Virus record (IMG/VR): IMGVR_UViG_3300009610_000028
Span: 1-64,000 of that record
Reading direction: 5' to 3' (one strand)
From: a virus
DNA: 64,000 bases
The notes under the pieces were generated by a model that was not told the DNA's origin, did not search any database, and worked only from the letters and a program-made list of their open reading frames with translations. Below are positions 1 to 8,836 of this stretch, one piece after another (positions within the stretch are counted from its first letter, which is position 1; each line of letters starts with the position of its first letter). Made by a program: the position numbers and the translations under genes.

Positions 1-39
1 AAGCAAGCGCGGGGAAGCTTCGCGCAGTTTATGGCACAT
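1..39 (-). CDS. 5' end of small leftward gene (MCHKLREASPRLL...), runs off window
   Basis: ATG at 39 preceded by the same ACAACTGGAGACGC ribosome-binding leader as the neighbouring genes. Confidence 0.5.
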   Translation of the reverse strand, partial: MCHKLREASPRLL

Positions 40-143
40 TGCTTGCGTCTCCAGTTGTTTGCGGTCTCCGCCTAGCTCGTCTCGTTTGACGAGCTAGGCG
101 GAGACCCCGCCCGCATTCTAGCGGGCGGAGACCTACTCCGCCG

Positions 144-305
144 CTATTCGGAAACGTTGCAAGCGCGCAGGAAGCGCGCCCGATCAAAGCGCGAATTCTG
201 CGCTTTGCAAACCGCGCACATTGCGAGCGCCGCAACGCGCCGCGCCGTATCATCCTGGATAGTGGCAATTTCGGCCGCAATCGCGATAAAGTGTTTTCTC
301 GACAT
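144..305 (-). CDS. Small phage protein, 53 aa (MSRKHFIAIAAEI...NSRFDRARFLRAC); below ORF-track cutoff
   Basis: Translated by hand; GGAGA RBS; N-x-R-F-D-x-x-R-F-x-x-A-C ending resembles a common small phage protein family. Confidence 0.75.
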   Translation of the reverse strand: MSRKHFIAIAAEIATIQDDTARRVAALAMCAVCKAQNSRFDRARFLRACNVSE

Positions 306-351
306 TGTTAGCGTCTCCAGTTGTGAAGCTTGGCGGGTCTCGTCTCGACAA

Positions 352-384
352 TCAATACTAGGTCAATGCTGACGAGACGCAAGC
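352..384 (-). promoter_or_regulatory. Putative sigma70-type early promoter, copy 1 (TTGCGT-N16-TAGTAT)
   Basis: 33-bp exact duplicate of 877-909; lies about 45 bp upstream of the leftward gene at 305. Confidence 0.65.
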
Positions 385-623
385 AATCCGGCGCGGATTG
401 TGGGAAATACTTGCGCGCCCATTGCTTGCGCGGTCTCCAGTGCGGCGCGTTTGCTCGTTTCAAAGCAATCGGCGCTTTCCAGGCGCGCGCCGTTCGCGCC
501 GTAAACCTTTACCCGATATTCGGTCTCGCCTAGCGTTTTCCGAATTGTGGCGAACAATTGCGCGGCGGGCGCGCTGGCCAGAATTTGCTCTAGTTCGGTT
601 TGCGTCAATTCAAACGCGCTCAT
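363..623 (-). CDS. Hypothetical protein, 86 aa
   Basis: ATG with ACAACTGGAGACGC leader. Confidence 0.7.
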   Translation of the reverse strand: MSAFELTQTELEQILASAPAAQLFATIRKTLGETEYRVKVYGANGARLESADCFETSKRAALETAQAMGAQVFPTIRAGLLASRQH

Positions 624-674
624 TTGTTGCGTCTCCAGTTGTGACGAGCTAGGCGGAGACGGTCTCCGCCCGCC

Positions 675-854
675 CTAGATAAACTCAACGCGCAGCAATT
701 GCCCACTAGGCAAATTGAATTCCACAAATTGCGGGCGGAATGCCAGTAAATCGGCAAGCGCCCATCCGCTATAGCGTTTGCTTGCGCCCATCCGCCGCAA
801 TTCCAGGCGGAGACCCCGCAAACCGTTGCGCGTCAATTGGAATTTGTGGAACAT
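675..854 (-). CDS. Hypothetical protein, 59 aa (MFHKFQLTRNG...RVEFI)
   Basis: Translated by hand; GGGAGA RBS; directly downstream of promoter copy 2. Confidence 0.6.
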   Translation of the reverse strand: MFHKFQLTRNGLRGLRLELRRMGASKRYSGWALADLLAFRPQFVEFNLPSGQLLRVEFI

Positions 855-876
855 TGCTTGCGGTCTCCCTTTACAC

Positions 877-909
877 TCAATACTAGGTCAATGCTGACGA
901 GACGCAAGC
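877..909 (-). promoter_or_regulatory. Putative sigma70-type early promoter, copy 2
   Basis: Exact repeat TCAATACTAGGTCAATGCTGACGAGACGCAAGC. Confidence 0.65.
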
Positions 910-1156
910 GCCCGCCGCTAGAATTCGGCCGCTATCCAGGCGGAGACCGTCTCCGCCGCTAGTCGCCTGGAGACGATAGGCGGAGACCCCGCCCGCTAGT
1001 CGCCTAGTCGCCTAGTCGCCTGGAGACGGTCTCCGCCCGCCTGGAGACCCCGCCCGCTAGGTCTCCGCCCGCCTGGATAGCGGCGGAGTAGGTCTCCGCC
1101 CGCCCAGTATCCCCGCGCCCTAGTAGGTGGAATGACAGGGGAGTAATTGCCACATT

Positions 1157-1637
1157 GACGCAAACCATTGCCACATATAGACTTACGTCGATCCGATTAT
1201 AATGAACGTCCTGATCGCCCTATTTATTCTATATGTAAGCGATGTATCATGTACGTGGGTGATAGATAGATAGATAGAATGAATCAATTTTAATTAAGAG
1301 TGGGAGACTGCCGCGTCTCACGGTTATAACGCCCGCTCGCGGGGTTAGAGTGTAACCCGGAGGCTGCATAATCGTCACAACCGGAACAACCCGGAGAATC
1401 GCTACCACCAGGGCGACCCCTACACGTGGGCGATCCCTACAATCGGTGCCACCCCTACCACCGTACCATAGGCGGAGACCCGCCCGCCTGGAGACGGTCT
1501 CCGCCTGGATTGCTTGACGGATACGCGCCCCCATAGGGCGCATTGTGGCCAATATCCAGGCGGAGACCCGCCCGCCTAGCTCGTCAGCATGCGAGGGAAG
1601 ACGAGACGCAAACCCTTGCCACATATAGGTTTGCGTC
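1157..1637. repeat. Pair of 33-bp quasi-palindromic direct repeats (1157-1189 and 1605-1637)
   Basis: 29/33 identical; second copy has perfect 10-bp arms GACGCAAACC/GGTTTGCGTC around a 13-bp spacer. Confidence 0.8.
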
Positions 1638-2059
1638 AGCATGCGATACGTTGCGGGGTATCATCTCGCCTAGCTAGTTTGCCTAGCTCATCTCGTCTCG
1701 TCTCGTCAGCATTGATGCACAACAAAGCAGACGAGACGAGCACAGAAAGGTGGGGTTGTAGTGGTGATCCTGATTGTGAGGTAGCGGAGATACCGGGTGG
1801 GGTCAAATGTGCCGAAGAACCGGATTGTGGGGGTTGCGCGGCCTCCCGGCCCTTCTGAGCATGTTTGGGGTCCGCGCCAAGGTACTGCCGCGTCAATTGG
1901 CAGGGGATCGAGCCATCGCCGCGCCTCGCGGGCGGCGCGGCCGGCGGCCGATGAGGGAAGAGGCGACGGCCGGCGGCCGGGGTTACCCGACTCGTAGTTC
2001 GGTGCGTCTGTCGGCCGTCGCCCTTTCCTTCCAGGCGGCCAGGCGTCTAAGATGCCGAT

Positions 2060-2365
2060 ATGACCGCCCTCGTCTTCTCGCTGATTCGCATCGCTCTCCT
2101 CTCCGGGAGCATCGTTTGTTTCTATCTGCTGTGGCGGTCGAACCGCAGCCTGCGAGCACAACTGGACCGCGCGACGTGGGCGCTCCGCATGAAGGCCAAC
2201 TCCGACCTTGAACTTGAACTGGCGCTCCGCGTCATTGCCAGTGGTGACAAGGAAGCGATTGCCTTGCTCCGAGAGGCGGCGGACAGGACGCGCGAAGAGA
2301 TGCGGCTAAAGTATGGGGACCAGAACATTGCCGCTGATCTGGTTCGGGAGGGGAGAGGCGGATGA
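2060..2365 (+). CDS. Hypothetical membrane protein
   Basis: N-terminal hydrophobic helix; first ORF of a tightly packed rightward run. Confidence 0.65.
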   Translation: MTALVFSLIRIALLSGSIVCFYLLWRSNRSLRAQLDRATWALRMKANSDLELELALRVIASGDKEAIALLREAADRTREEMRLKYGDQNIAADLVREGRGG

Positions 2366-2642
2366 GTTGGTTGAAAGAGAATGGCCGCTACCACCTGACG
2401 TTCACCTTCCAAGGACGCCAGGTCACGATCATCTTCGACGCCGGTGGGTATTCGGTCCAATGACCTTCGTCTTCACCGACACACTTTCTGAGGGCGAAGT
2501 TCCATTCGCCATCAACATCATGGGCACCTGGCCGGATGGGATGCCCTTCGCAACACGCTACCTCGTGCTGCGAGAAGAGTGCGTTGTCTGCGGCCGAGCA
2601 GCCCCGCTCACAGACGGCGAATGTCCTGACTGCTGCCACTGA
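2313..2642 (+). CDS. Hypothetical protein with C-terminal zinc ribbon (true start probably near 2368)
   Basis: CxxC...CxxC; stop overlaps the next start. Confidence 0.6.
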   Translation: MGTRTLPLIWFGRGEADELVEREWPLPPDVHLPRTPGHDHLRRRWVFGPMTFVFTDTLSEGEVPFAINIMGTWPDGMPFATRYLVLREECVVCGRAAPLTDGECPDCCH

Positions 2643-3019
2643 TGAACGATGACCTAGCCAACCTCGAAGGATTCTTCACCCGCCTGGAGGCGGAGGTAGC
2701 AAAGCATCCAACTCTGAACGATAAGCGCAACTTCATTCTCGACGATCAGAACCGAGTCGTGCCGGCCACGATGGTGGAGCACATGCGTTTCATGGCTCAG
2801 TGTGAGTTCGGTGGCAGGAACCGCGTTGTAGCGAAGACCGAAGTCAAAGGCATCCAGGTCTCCACAATGTTCCTGGGATACGGGAAACAGTGCATCTTCG
2901 AGACGATGATCTCCGGCGGCCAGGTGGGCGAGAAGTTCTATCAGTGGAAGACGTGGCAGACGGCCGAGGTCGGCCACATGCAGGTTCGTCACATGATCGA
3001 CGTGGGTGAAATCAAATGA
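2642..3019 (+). CDS. Hypothetical phage protein
   Basis: Coupled ORF; VST-x-FLG...FETMI-x-GG motif seen in small phage proteins. Confidence 0.75.
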   Translation: MNDDLANLEGFFTRLEAEVAKHPTLNDKRNFILDDQNRVVPATMVEHMRFMAQCEFGGRNRVVAKTEVKGIQVSTMFLGYGKQCIFETMISGGQVGEKFYQWKTWQTAEVGHMQVRHMIDVGEIK

Positions 3020-3534
3020 GCATCTACAACATGGTCTGCGGGAACAACCCGCTCTTCGGACTCTACGCCCGCATCATCGAGACAGCCGAGAAGCTCCCGC
3101 CGATCCCGCGCTTCCGGGATATGTACACGCGGGAGCACGGCGGCACCGTCCAGATCGTGCTCTACACGCGGACGGGTGGCGGCAATCGCCCTGAGTACCA
3201 CGGCGAGAACGAAGCGATCACGCGGCATGCGCTCTACGTGGAGAACTTCGACGATGACTTTGACACGACCTTCGCGCACTGGGTCTTCACGTGCCCGCCG
3301 GCTTTCGAGAACCGGATGCTAGCGATGCACAAAATCTTCTCAAAGCACCCGAAGGGGATGACGCCGAGGCAGAAGTTCAAGCTGGCGATGGGTGAAGCCG
3401 AGGCACCGGAGTTTGATTCACGCGCGGTGGATGCCGTGCAAGAGCTTGGCGCACTGATGATGGATCAGCTACCCGCCCCATCGACGTTGGAGATCGCCTT
3501 GAGCGAGAGCACCCGACTTGGCGTGCCAAAGTAA
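3016..3534 (+). CDS. Hypothetical phage protein
   Basis: ATGA overlap; RFRD...YTRTGGGNR...DDDFDTTFA motif. Confidence 0.8.
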   Translation: MSIYNMVCGNNPLFGLYARIIETAEKLPPIPRFRDMYTREHGGTVQIVLYTRTGGGNRPEYHGENEAITRHALYVENFDDDFDTTFAHWVFTCPPAFENRMLAMHKIFSKHPKGMTPRQKFKLAMGEAEAPEFDSRAVDAVQELGALMMDQLPAPSTLEIALSESTRLGVPK

Positions 3535-3573
3535 TCTTGACCGGCCGGGGGATGGCGGGCATACTCCCTCCCC

Positions 3574-3840
3574 ATGCCCCCAAGCCACCCATACCCCACG
3601 CATCCCGATCACCAGTTGCTATGGAGCAACGAGGTTCAGGTCGGCGACATCATCGTCTGCGGCGACCATCGCTTCCCGGTGCTCCGCATCGAGCAAGGCT
3701 GGACGACGGAGAAGTTCATCATTGATGTCCAGGGTGTGGAGACTCCGCACGACACCAGCCTCCAGGCGTTCGGCCGCTTCGAGGTCTGCCGGAACATCAC
3801 ATGCAAAGCCTGCCAGCGTGGAGTCCCATGTTACCCTTGA
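3574..3840 (+). CDS. Hypothetical protein
   Basis: ORF with phage-like codon usage. Confidence 0.6.
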   Translation: MPPSHPYPTHPDHQLLWSNEVQVGDIIVCGDHRFPVLRIEQGWTTEKFIIDVQGVETPHDTSLQAFGRFEVCRNITCKACQRGVPCYP

Positions 3841-3998
3841 TCCAGCGGTGCCCGCTCTGCGCGGAGAAGCACGATGACAAGATCATTGTCGGCGGCACGA
3901 GCGAACAGCGGACGTGCCCAGAGTGCGGACGCCAGGTCCATCTGCTGGAGCTTCAAACGATGCAGTCTCGCGTTCAAGAATTTTCTCTGGCCCGGTGA
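3828..3998 (+). CDS. Small zinc-ribbon protein
   Basis: CPLC...CPEC; GGAG RBS. Confidence 0.6.
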   Translation: MLPLIQRCPLCAEKHDDKIIVGGTSEQRTCPECGRQVHLLELQTMQSRVQEFSLAR

Positions 3999-4001
3999 AG
4001 C

Positions 4002-4214
4002 ATGGACCCGCCGCGTCAATTCTCAGGGGGTACATTCGACGCCATAATCATTGGCGCGATCTTCCTCGCGGTCTGCTACGCGATTGTCTGGCCGGGCACG
4101 CGGACCCTGATTGCCTATTACCGTTGCAAGTTCTTCCACGAGCACGCGACAGAGTGGACGAACTCGGACGGTCATCATTTTCGTTGTTCATGCGGAAAGG
4201 AATGGGACACGTGA
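4002..4214 (+). CDS. Small membrane protein with Cys/His tail
   Basis: Hydrophobic segment; coupled to neighbours. Confidence 0.6.
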   Translation: MDPPRQFSGGTFDAIIIGAIFLAVCYAIVWPGTRTLIAYYRCKFFHEHATEWTNSDGHHFRCSCGKEWDT

Positions 4215-4423
4215 GCGTTGCCAAAGTATCAGGAGCAAAGCGGAAAGCCTTCAAGGGCTTCGTGGGGAAGTTCCTCGCAAAAGCCCGTGCTGCTATAAGG
4301 CCGTTGAAGCACCGCACGTCGCGGCGCAAAGAGACCCACGAGGAAGGAATCGAGCGGACCCGCCAGTTGGAGATCGCGCAGGCTCGCTTCGATGCCATTA
4401 GGGAGATTCACGCAAAGCTATGA
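4211..4423 (+). CDS. Small basic hypothetical protein
   Basis: GTGA overlap with previous gene and ATGA overlap with next. Confidence 0.55.
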   Translation: MSVAKVSGAKRKAFKGFVGKFLAKARAAIRPLKHRTSRRKETHEEGIERTRQLEIAQARFDAIREIHAKL

Positions 4424-4650
4424 TTCACGCACGATCCGACTACAACCGTATCCAAGACACCGCAAACCTGATCCCGGCGGATGAACCCGTGTTCCTTGTC
4501 CGAGGACAAGACGTGCTCGGCGCGGAGACGATCCGCTACTGGGCACGCCGCAATCAAGAGATTGGTGGCGACTCGATCCTTACGATGAAGGCGCTCCAAC
4601 ATGCAGATCGGATGGACGCCTGGCCCAAGAAGAAGAAAGCGGACCTATGA
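4420..4650 (+). CDS. Conserved hypothetical phage protein
   Basis: IPADEPVFLVRGQD motif typical of a small phage family. Confidence 0.75.
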   Translation: MIHARSDYNRIQDTANLIPADEPVFLVRGQDVLGAETIRYWARRNQEIGGDSILTMKALQHADRMDAWPKKKKADL

Positions 4651-4937
4651 TTGGCGACCGAGAGACAAACATCCTGATGAATGCAGCAGCAGCCGGCAAG
4701 ATTAGGGATACGGATGGTGAGCGTATCTTGTCCATTTTTCGCGAAGGCGTTCAGCAACGTCTGACGCGCATTCGCTTGGATGAGATTCGGGTTCGCCGCC
4801 GGTCCACAAATCGAGACGAGATTACAAGATTGAAGCTGCTCGAAGAGGCGCGGATACTCAAAGCCGATGTTTCTGTCTTCCTCGGAGAAATCGACCGTAG
4901 AATGACGCAGATTCTATGCTCCAGGGAGATACAATGA
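4647..4937 (+). CDS. Hypothetical protein
   Basis: ATGA overlaps on both sides. Confidence 0.65.
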   Translation: MIGDRETNILMNAAAAGKIRDTDGERILSIFREGVQQRLTRIRLDEIRVRRRSTNRDEITRLKLLEEARILKADVSVFLGEIDRRMTQILCSREIQ

Positions 4938-5128
4938 GCTTCGTGGACGCCGGCCAGCAAGTGGCCAACAACCTCCAGACCGTGCAAGGGCGATTCAAGC
5001 TCACCGACGCCCAGATGCTTATCATCTTGGGCGACATGCTGCACATCTGGCTCGACAAACTGACCAAGCCCGAACAGCCAGCGGAGTTCCGCAGCAAGCC
5101 AGGTTCCGGGGACACGATGAAGCCATAG
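4934..5128 (+). CDS. Hypothetical protein
   Basis: GGGAG RBS, ATGA overlap. Confidence 0.65.
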   Translation: MSFVDAGQQVANNLQTVQGRFKLTDAQMLIILGDMLHIWLDKLTKPEQPAEFRSKPGSGDTMKP

Positions 5129-5143
5129 CTCAGGGAGGAGCGG

Positions 5144-6124
5144 ATGAAGGGCAAGACTTGGTTCACGGCGGACACGCACTTCGGCCACGACCGGATAATG
5201 GAGATGACAGGTCGGCCGTACAAGCACATTGACGAGCACGACCGCGAAGTCATCTACACGATCAACAAATATGTCGCCGAAGAAGACAGGCTCTTCATCC
5301 TCGGTGACTTCGCTTGGCGTGCTGCGCAGTCCTACGTGGATCGCATTCGCTGCCCGAACCTGCATCTGATCTGGGGCAATCACGACCGCGCGAACTTTGG
5401 CAAAGCATTCAAGACCACCGAGGACGTGACCGAGATCAAGCTTGGTGAGATCAAGGTCTTCCTCTCGCATTACCCGCACTGCTACTGGCCATCGAGTCAC
5501 TACGGATCACTGCACCTGTACGGCCACCTTCACTCCGAGCGCGAACGGACGCTCGATGAGATTTGGCCGACACGGAGATCAATGGACGTGGGCCTGGACA
5601 ACATCCGCCGCCTCTTCGGCGAGCTTCGTCCCATCCAAGATGTCGAGATCATCAACCGCCTGATGGCTCGACCTGGCCATGACCCGGTGACGTTCTACCG
5701 CGAGCAAGAGCAGAAACGCCTGGCCGAACATCTGAACGTCCCGCCCGCATGGACGGTGCCGGAGTTCTTCGGGGAAGAATTGAAGCCGCCCACGGCGATC
5801 CCTGTTGAACGTCAGTGGAAGCGTGCCCTGGATCGCGTGCGCCAGTTCCTCGGTGCCGATCTCCGCAAGTACAGCTACGTGGAATTCCACGCCCTGGCTT
5901 GCACACCTGGCCGGCGGCGATTCACGGATCACTCGCGGGCCGAACGGTTCCTCGATCTGCTCAAAGCCGAGCGGAATCATCGTTGCGAAGGCTCGGTCAT
6001 TCGTTATCGCTCAGACGAGTTGCTTTCTGAGCTTGGCTTGATTACCAATGAGCGATACCGCAGCAGCGAGACGTGGTATTCGTCGGTGCTGCAAGTCACA
6101 ACGAACGAGCCGGGAGCGACGTGA
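5144..6124 (+). CDS. Calcineurin-like metallophosphoesterase with C-terminal extension
   Basis: DTHFGH, LGD, GNHD, HYP, GHLH metal-binding motifs; GGAGG RBS. Confidence 0.9.
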   Translation: MKGKTWFTADTHFGHDRIMEMTGRPYKHIDEHDREVIYTINKYVAEEDRLFILGDFAWRAAQSYVDRIRCPNLHLIWGNHDRANFGKAFKTTEDVTEIKLGEIKVFLSHYPHCYWPSSHYGSLHLYGHLHSERERTLDEIWPTRRSMDVGLDNIRRLFGELRPIQDVEIINRLMARPGHDPVTFYREQEQKRLAEHLNVPPAWTVPEFFGEELKPPTAIPVERQWKRALDRVRQFLGADLRKYSYVEFHALACTPGRRRFTDHSRAERFLDLLKAERNHRCEGSVIRYRSDELLSELGLITNERYRSSETWYSSVLQVTTNEPGAT

Positions 6125-6525
6125 TGGCGAATTGGATGGAGTGGCCTGACGAGAAAGAGCAACTCTGGCAAGAGTGGCTCAAGAACAAGCCACCGATCAT
6201 CAAGGAACTCGCGGCGAGATTCCCGCCGTACAAATTGTTCCGACTCAAGCCCACAGGGCAACGAGGACCGATTGTCTCGTTGAGCGAAAGCGGTACGGTC
6301 ACGATGCAGATCACCGGGGACTTCAACCGGGTGATGTTCGCAAAGAATGTGTTCGGTCTAAATCCTGACGATCTCGAAGAGTGTGATCTGCCAGGGCCAG
6401 ACGAGCTACTCGGCGACGAGTGCGAGGAACGAGGCATTGATCCAGAGAATGTGATTCCGATGATTCGTTCACAGATGATTCTCGATGGGCACCTGCCGAT
6501 ACCGCCGAGGAAACCCAATGACTGA
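6124..6525 (+). CDS. Hypothetical protein
   Basis: TGATG coupling. Confidence 0.75.
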   Translation: MANWMEWPDEKEQLWQEWLKNKPPIIKELAARFPPYKLFRLKPTGQRGPIVSLSESGTVTMQITGDFNRVMFAKNVFGLNPDDLEECDLPGPDELLGDECEERGIDPENVIPMIRSQMILDGHLPIPPRKPND

Positions 6526-6805
6526 CAAAATAGTGCGACATCGCGAGTTCATCGAACTCATGGCTCGCAGCGATGATCCGATTATGATCGACCACCCCGA
6601 TGACTGCGGTCACTGCGCGAATTTGATTCTGTGGGCCACCGTCGCTCGCGAGATGCTCAAGGCCGAGGATTACGACATCGAGAAGTGGCAGGCGGAAACA
6701 CGCCGCCGCTGGATGGAAACAAAATACTTCAAGCTGTGGCAGGAAGAAACGGCCGCCGGCCGTGATCCGAAGATTGAATTTGAAAAACGAGGATGGGAAC
6801 CATGA
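6518..6805 (+). CDS. Hypothetical protein
   Basis: GAGG RBS, coupled. Confidence 0.7.
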   Translation: MTDKIVRHREFIELMARSDDPIMIDHPDDCGHCANLILWATVAREMLKAEDYDIEKWQAETRRRWMETKYFKLWQEETAAGRDPKIEFEKRGWEP

Positions 6806-7005
6806 AGAACGCAATTTATCTGTTCGTGCTCGCGGCATTCATCGCTGGATTCTTCCACGAGCGGTGGCAAGTTGGAATACTCACTGCCGAAGTCAAGCGC
6901 CTCGAACTAAAGTGTTCAGAACTCGAAGCACGGGATGTCATCCGTGCTGACGCAACGCCTCAGCGATGGGGCCAGGAATACCTCAATGAAAGAATACATC
7001 GGTGA
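6802..7005 (+). CDS. Small membrane-anchored coiled-coil protein
   Basis: N-terminal TM helix; ATGA overlap. Confidence 0.65.
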   Translation: MKNAIYLFVLAAFIAGFFHERWQVGILTAEVKRLELKCSELEARDVIRADATPQRWGQEYLNERIHR

Positions 7006-7315
7006 TGGCGTGTACGCGGAGTATGATGAGGTTCACGGGAGCATCTGGCTTCGCACCGAAGCTCAGTTTCCAGTCCACGAGATTTGCCTTGATCCCGACG
7101 TGCTCAGGGCACTCTTCACATTCGTAGGGCGCATCAATGAAGTCCATGAAGTTCGGCAAGGGTCAGACGATGGAGCGGACGCTGGAGATAGCGAAGGTGG
7201 GCGACGAGATCGCGATACTGGACTCAGCGGGCAATTTCCTCCGCATGGACAAGGTGACCAAACGGACGCCGAAGTCCGTTTGGACGGGGAAGACAGCGCT
7301 CCAGGCACGCTTTAG
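6986..7315 (+). CDS. Hypothetical phage protein (YIGDGVY motif); C-terminus overlaps next gene
   Basis: Y-x-G-D-G-V-Y motif typical of small phage proteins; AGGA RBS. Confidence 0.65.
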   Translation: MKEYIGDGVYAEYDEVHGSIWLRTEAQFPVHEICLDPDVLRALFTFVGRINEVHEVRQGSDDGADAGDSEGGRRDRDTGLSGQFPPHGQGDQTDAEVRLDGEDSAPGTL

Positions 7316-7703
7316 CTTCGACGGCCTGTGCCTCAATGGGCGGGGCACGGCCCGCATTCCGACGCATAACGACGTGAAGTCGTGGCGGAAGAAACGAGCC
7401 GACCTGGCCAAGTGGCAACTTGAACAGAAGCGACTTGAGGGCGTGCGAGCCACCGAGGAGTATTCCTCTGCAAGGAACATCGGCTATCATCTCTGCGACG
7501 GGCCGCTGACCAGCGACCCCGATCAGTACCTGGCTTTCGTTAAGCTGATCGGCCTCAAGGCACTTCAAGCGTTTGAGAAACTTGTCGATGATGCAGTGGC
7601 TAAAGCGAGTGCTCCTGAACTGGCTCAGCGACGGCCTCGAAATAAGGCAGTACGGCGACTACGTGATGTGGACGCGAGCGTACAACCACTACCCGTTTCG
7701 TGA
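7137..7703 (+). CDS. Hypothetical protein
   Basis: 188-aa ORF with coding-like codon usage. Confidence 0.7.
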   Translation: MKSMKFGKGQTMERTLEIAKVGDEIAILDSAGNFLRMDKVTKRTPKSVWTGKTALQARFSFDGLCLNGRGTARIPTHNDVKSWRKKRADLAKWQLEQKRLEGVRATEEYSSARNIGYHLCDGPLTSDPDQYLAFVKLIGLKALQAFEKLVDDAVAKASAPELAQRRPRNKAVRRLRDVDASVQPLPVS

Positions 7704-7815
7704 TTACTGGTGCCCGGCCTGCGGCAAGAAATTGTGCGAGGGCCGCGAGGGCTGCGGCGCAGTCGATCACGAGTGCAAGAACTGCAAAGTCAACTACGGA
7801 GTGCTCGATGGCTAG
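7588..7815 (+). CDS. Zinc-ribbon protein
   Basis: CPAC...CKNC; overlaps the end of the preceding ORF. Confidence 0.55.
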   Translation: MMQWLKRVLLNWLSDGLEIRQYGDYVMWTRAYNHYPFRDYWCPACGKKLCEGREGCGAVDHECKNCKVNYGVLDG

Positions 7816-7963
7816 TTATCTGAACTTGGCATTGCTCGTGGTCAACGTCATACTCATTGTGCGCGTAGTCCAACTCTCGCGACAAAACTACTGGCTGCGC
7901 GAGCGGCTGAGGAATGCCCGTCAAGCGGATCGTGGCAACCCGCAACAACTCTTGGAGAAGTAA
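7808..7963 (+). CDS. Small membrane protein
   Basis: GGAG RBS, TM helix. Confidence 0.6.
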   Translation: MASYLNLALLVVNVILIVRVVQLSRQNYWLRERLRNARQADRGNPQQLLEK

Positions 7964-7965
7964 CG

Positions 7966-8490
7966 ATGAATTGCACACTCCTTGGTTTCGAGATCGGCAT
8001 GGCAGCCCACGCCTTCCAGCACAGCCACGATCCTCTCTTCGCGATCCTGCTTCGCGATCCTGCTTGGCGTTCACGTGGCCGCCGCCTTCATCACTTTGAC
8101 TCGCAAGTGATTGGCATTGCATTCAGAATTCCCGACGTGAGCGACGAAGCCGAGATCAAGGCTGCCATCGCTCGCATGACGCGGGAAATCTGGCTTGCCG
8201 GCCAGGTGCTCAAGCTGACGTATCAGCCACGCGATCCGAAGCTGGCCTACTACCAGATGATTGTCGCTCGCGGCGGTGGTATCATCACCCTCGGTGACTT
8301 CCTTGGCGTCTTCGTCGCAGCGACCGAGCTTGCGGCTCGCACGCCGGCCGGTTGGCTGTTCGTGCCAATCGAGGGACTCACGGCCGAGATGCTCAAGGAT
8401 CGCGTCGATGAAGTTCGCGATGGCCGCAAGGGGTGGCCACCAAAAGAGATTCCCGTCAAGCCTGACAAACCGAAATTGGACAAGCGATGA
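7966..8490 (+). CDS. Hypothetical protein
   Basis: 174-aa coupled ORF. Confidence 0.7.
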   Translation: MNCTLLGFEIGMAAHAFQHSHDPLFAILLRDPAWRSRGRRLHHFDSQVIGIAFRIPDVSDEAEIKAAIARMTREIWLAGQVLKLTYQPRDPKLAYYQMIVARGGGIITLGDFLGVFVAATELAARTPAGWLFVPIEGLTAEMLKDRVDEVRDGRKGWPPKEIPVKPDKPKLDKR

Positions 8491-8603
8491 ACGGCCTACC
8501 TGGACCGATGCAGAATCCGTGGATGCTCGTACTCGGCATTCTCGTGGCGATGATCTCTGGTGCCATCGCCGGCACGATCACCAAGCGGTGGATGAAGCGA
8601 TGA
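8487..8603 (+). CDS. Small membrane peptide, 38 aa
   Basis: ATGA overlaps on both sides; TM helix. Confidence 0.55.
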   Translation: MNGLPGPMQNPWMLVLGILVAMISGAIAGTITKRWMKR

Positions 8604-8836
8604 ATTTTTGGTGCGCCCGCTGCGGTGAACATCAGGTGCCAGAACGCGGGCAGGCATGCGAGGCATGCAGGACGAAGCCCAGGCTCGAAGATTTTGCCTG
8701 CGGCGTATGCGGCGAGCGGGCGGCCGTCATGTTCGTGTACGGGTTTCGCTGCGACCAACATCGAGACCAGCGAGAACCGAGCCAGATGGTCCAGGGACCG
8801 GGCATCATCGGCGTGGTAGGATGGCGATATGGATGA
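8600..8836 (+). CDS. Zinc-finger protein
   Basis: CARC, CEAC, CGVC, CDQH. Confidence 0.6.
   Translation: MNFWCARCGEHQVPERGQACEACRTKPRLEDFACGVCGERAAVMFVYGFRCDQHRDQREPSQMVQGPGIIGVVGWRYG

Larger units (their letters stand above)
63..1567. repeat. Field of at least 15 GGCGGAGAC/GTCTCCGCC motifs, many as inverted pairs
   Basis: Copies start at 64, 97, 124, 652, 662, 806, 939, 949, 979, 1029, 1061, 1092, 1471, 1497, 1559; 19-bp-arm hairpin at 63-106; palindromes at 652-670 and 939-957. Confidence 0.9.

Noticed and set aside
63-1567. CRISPR array interpretation of the repeat field
   Set aside because: Repeats are short, in both orientations and irregularly spaced, with no constant-length unique spacers and no cas genes.
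910-2059. ORFs in the repeat region (1247..1642, 1589..1858, 1706..2161, 1807..2211)
   Set aside because: No RBS, repeat-derived or Arg/Pro/Gly-biased sequence; region looks non-coding.
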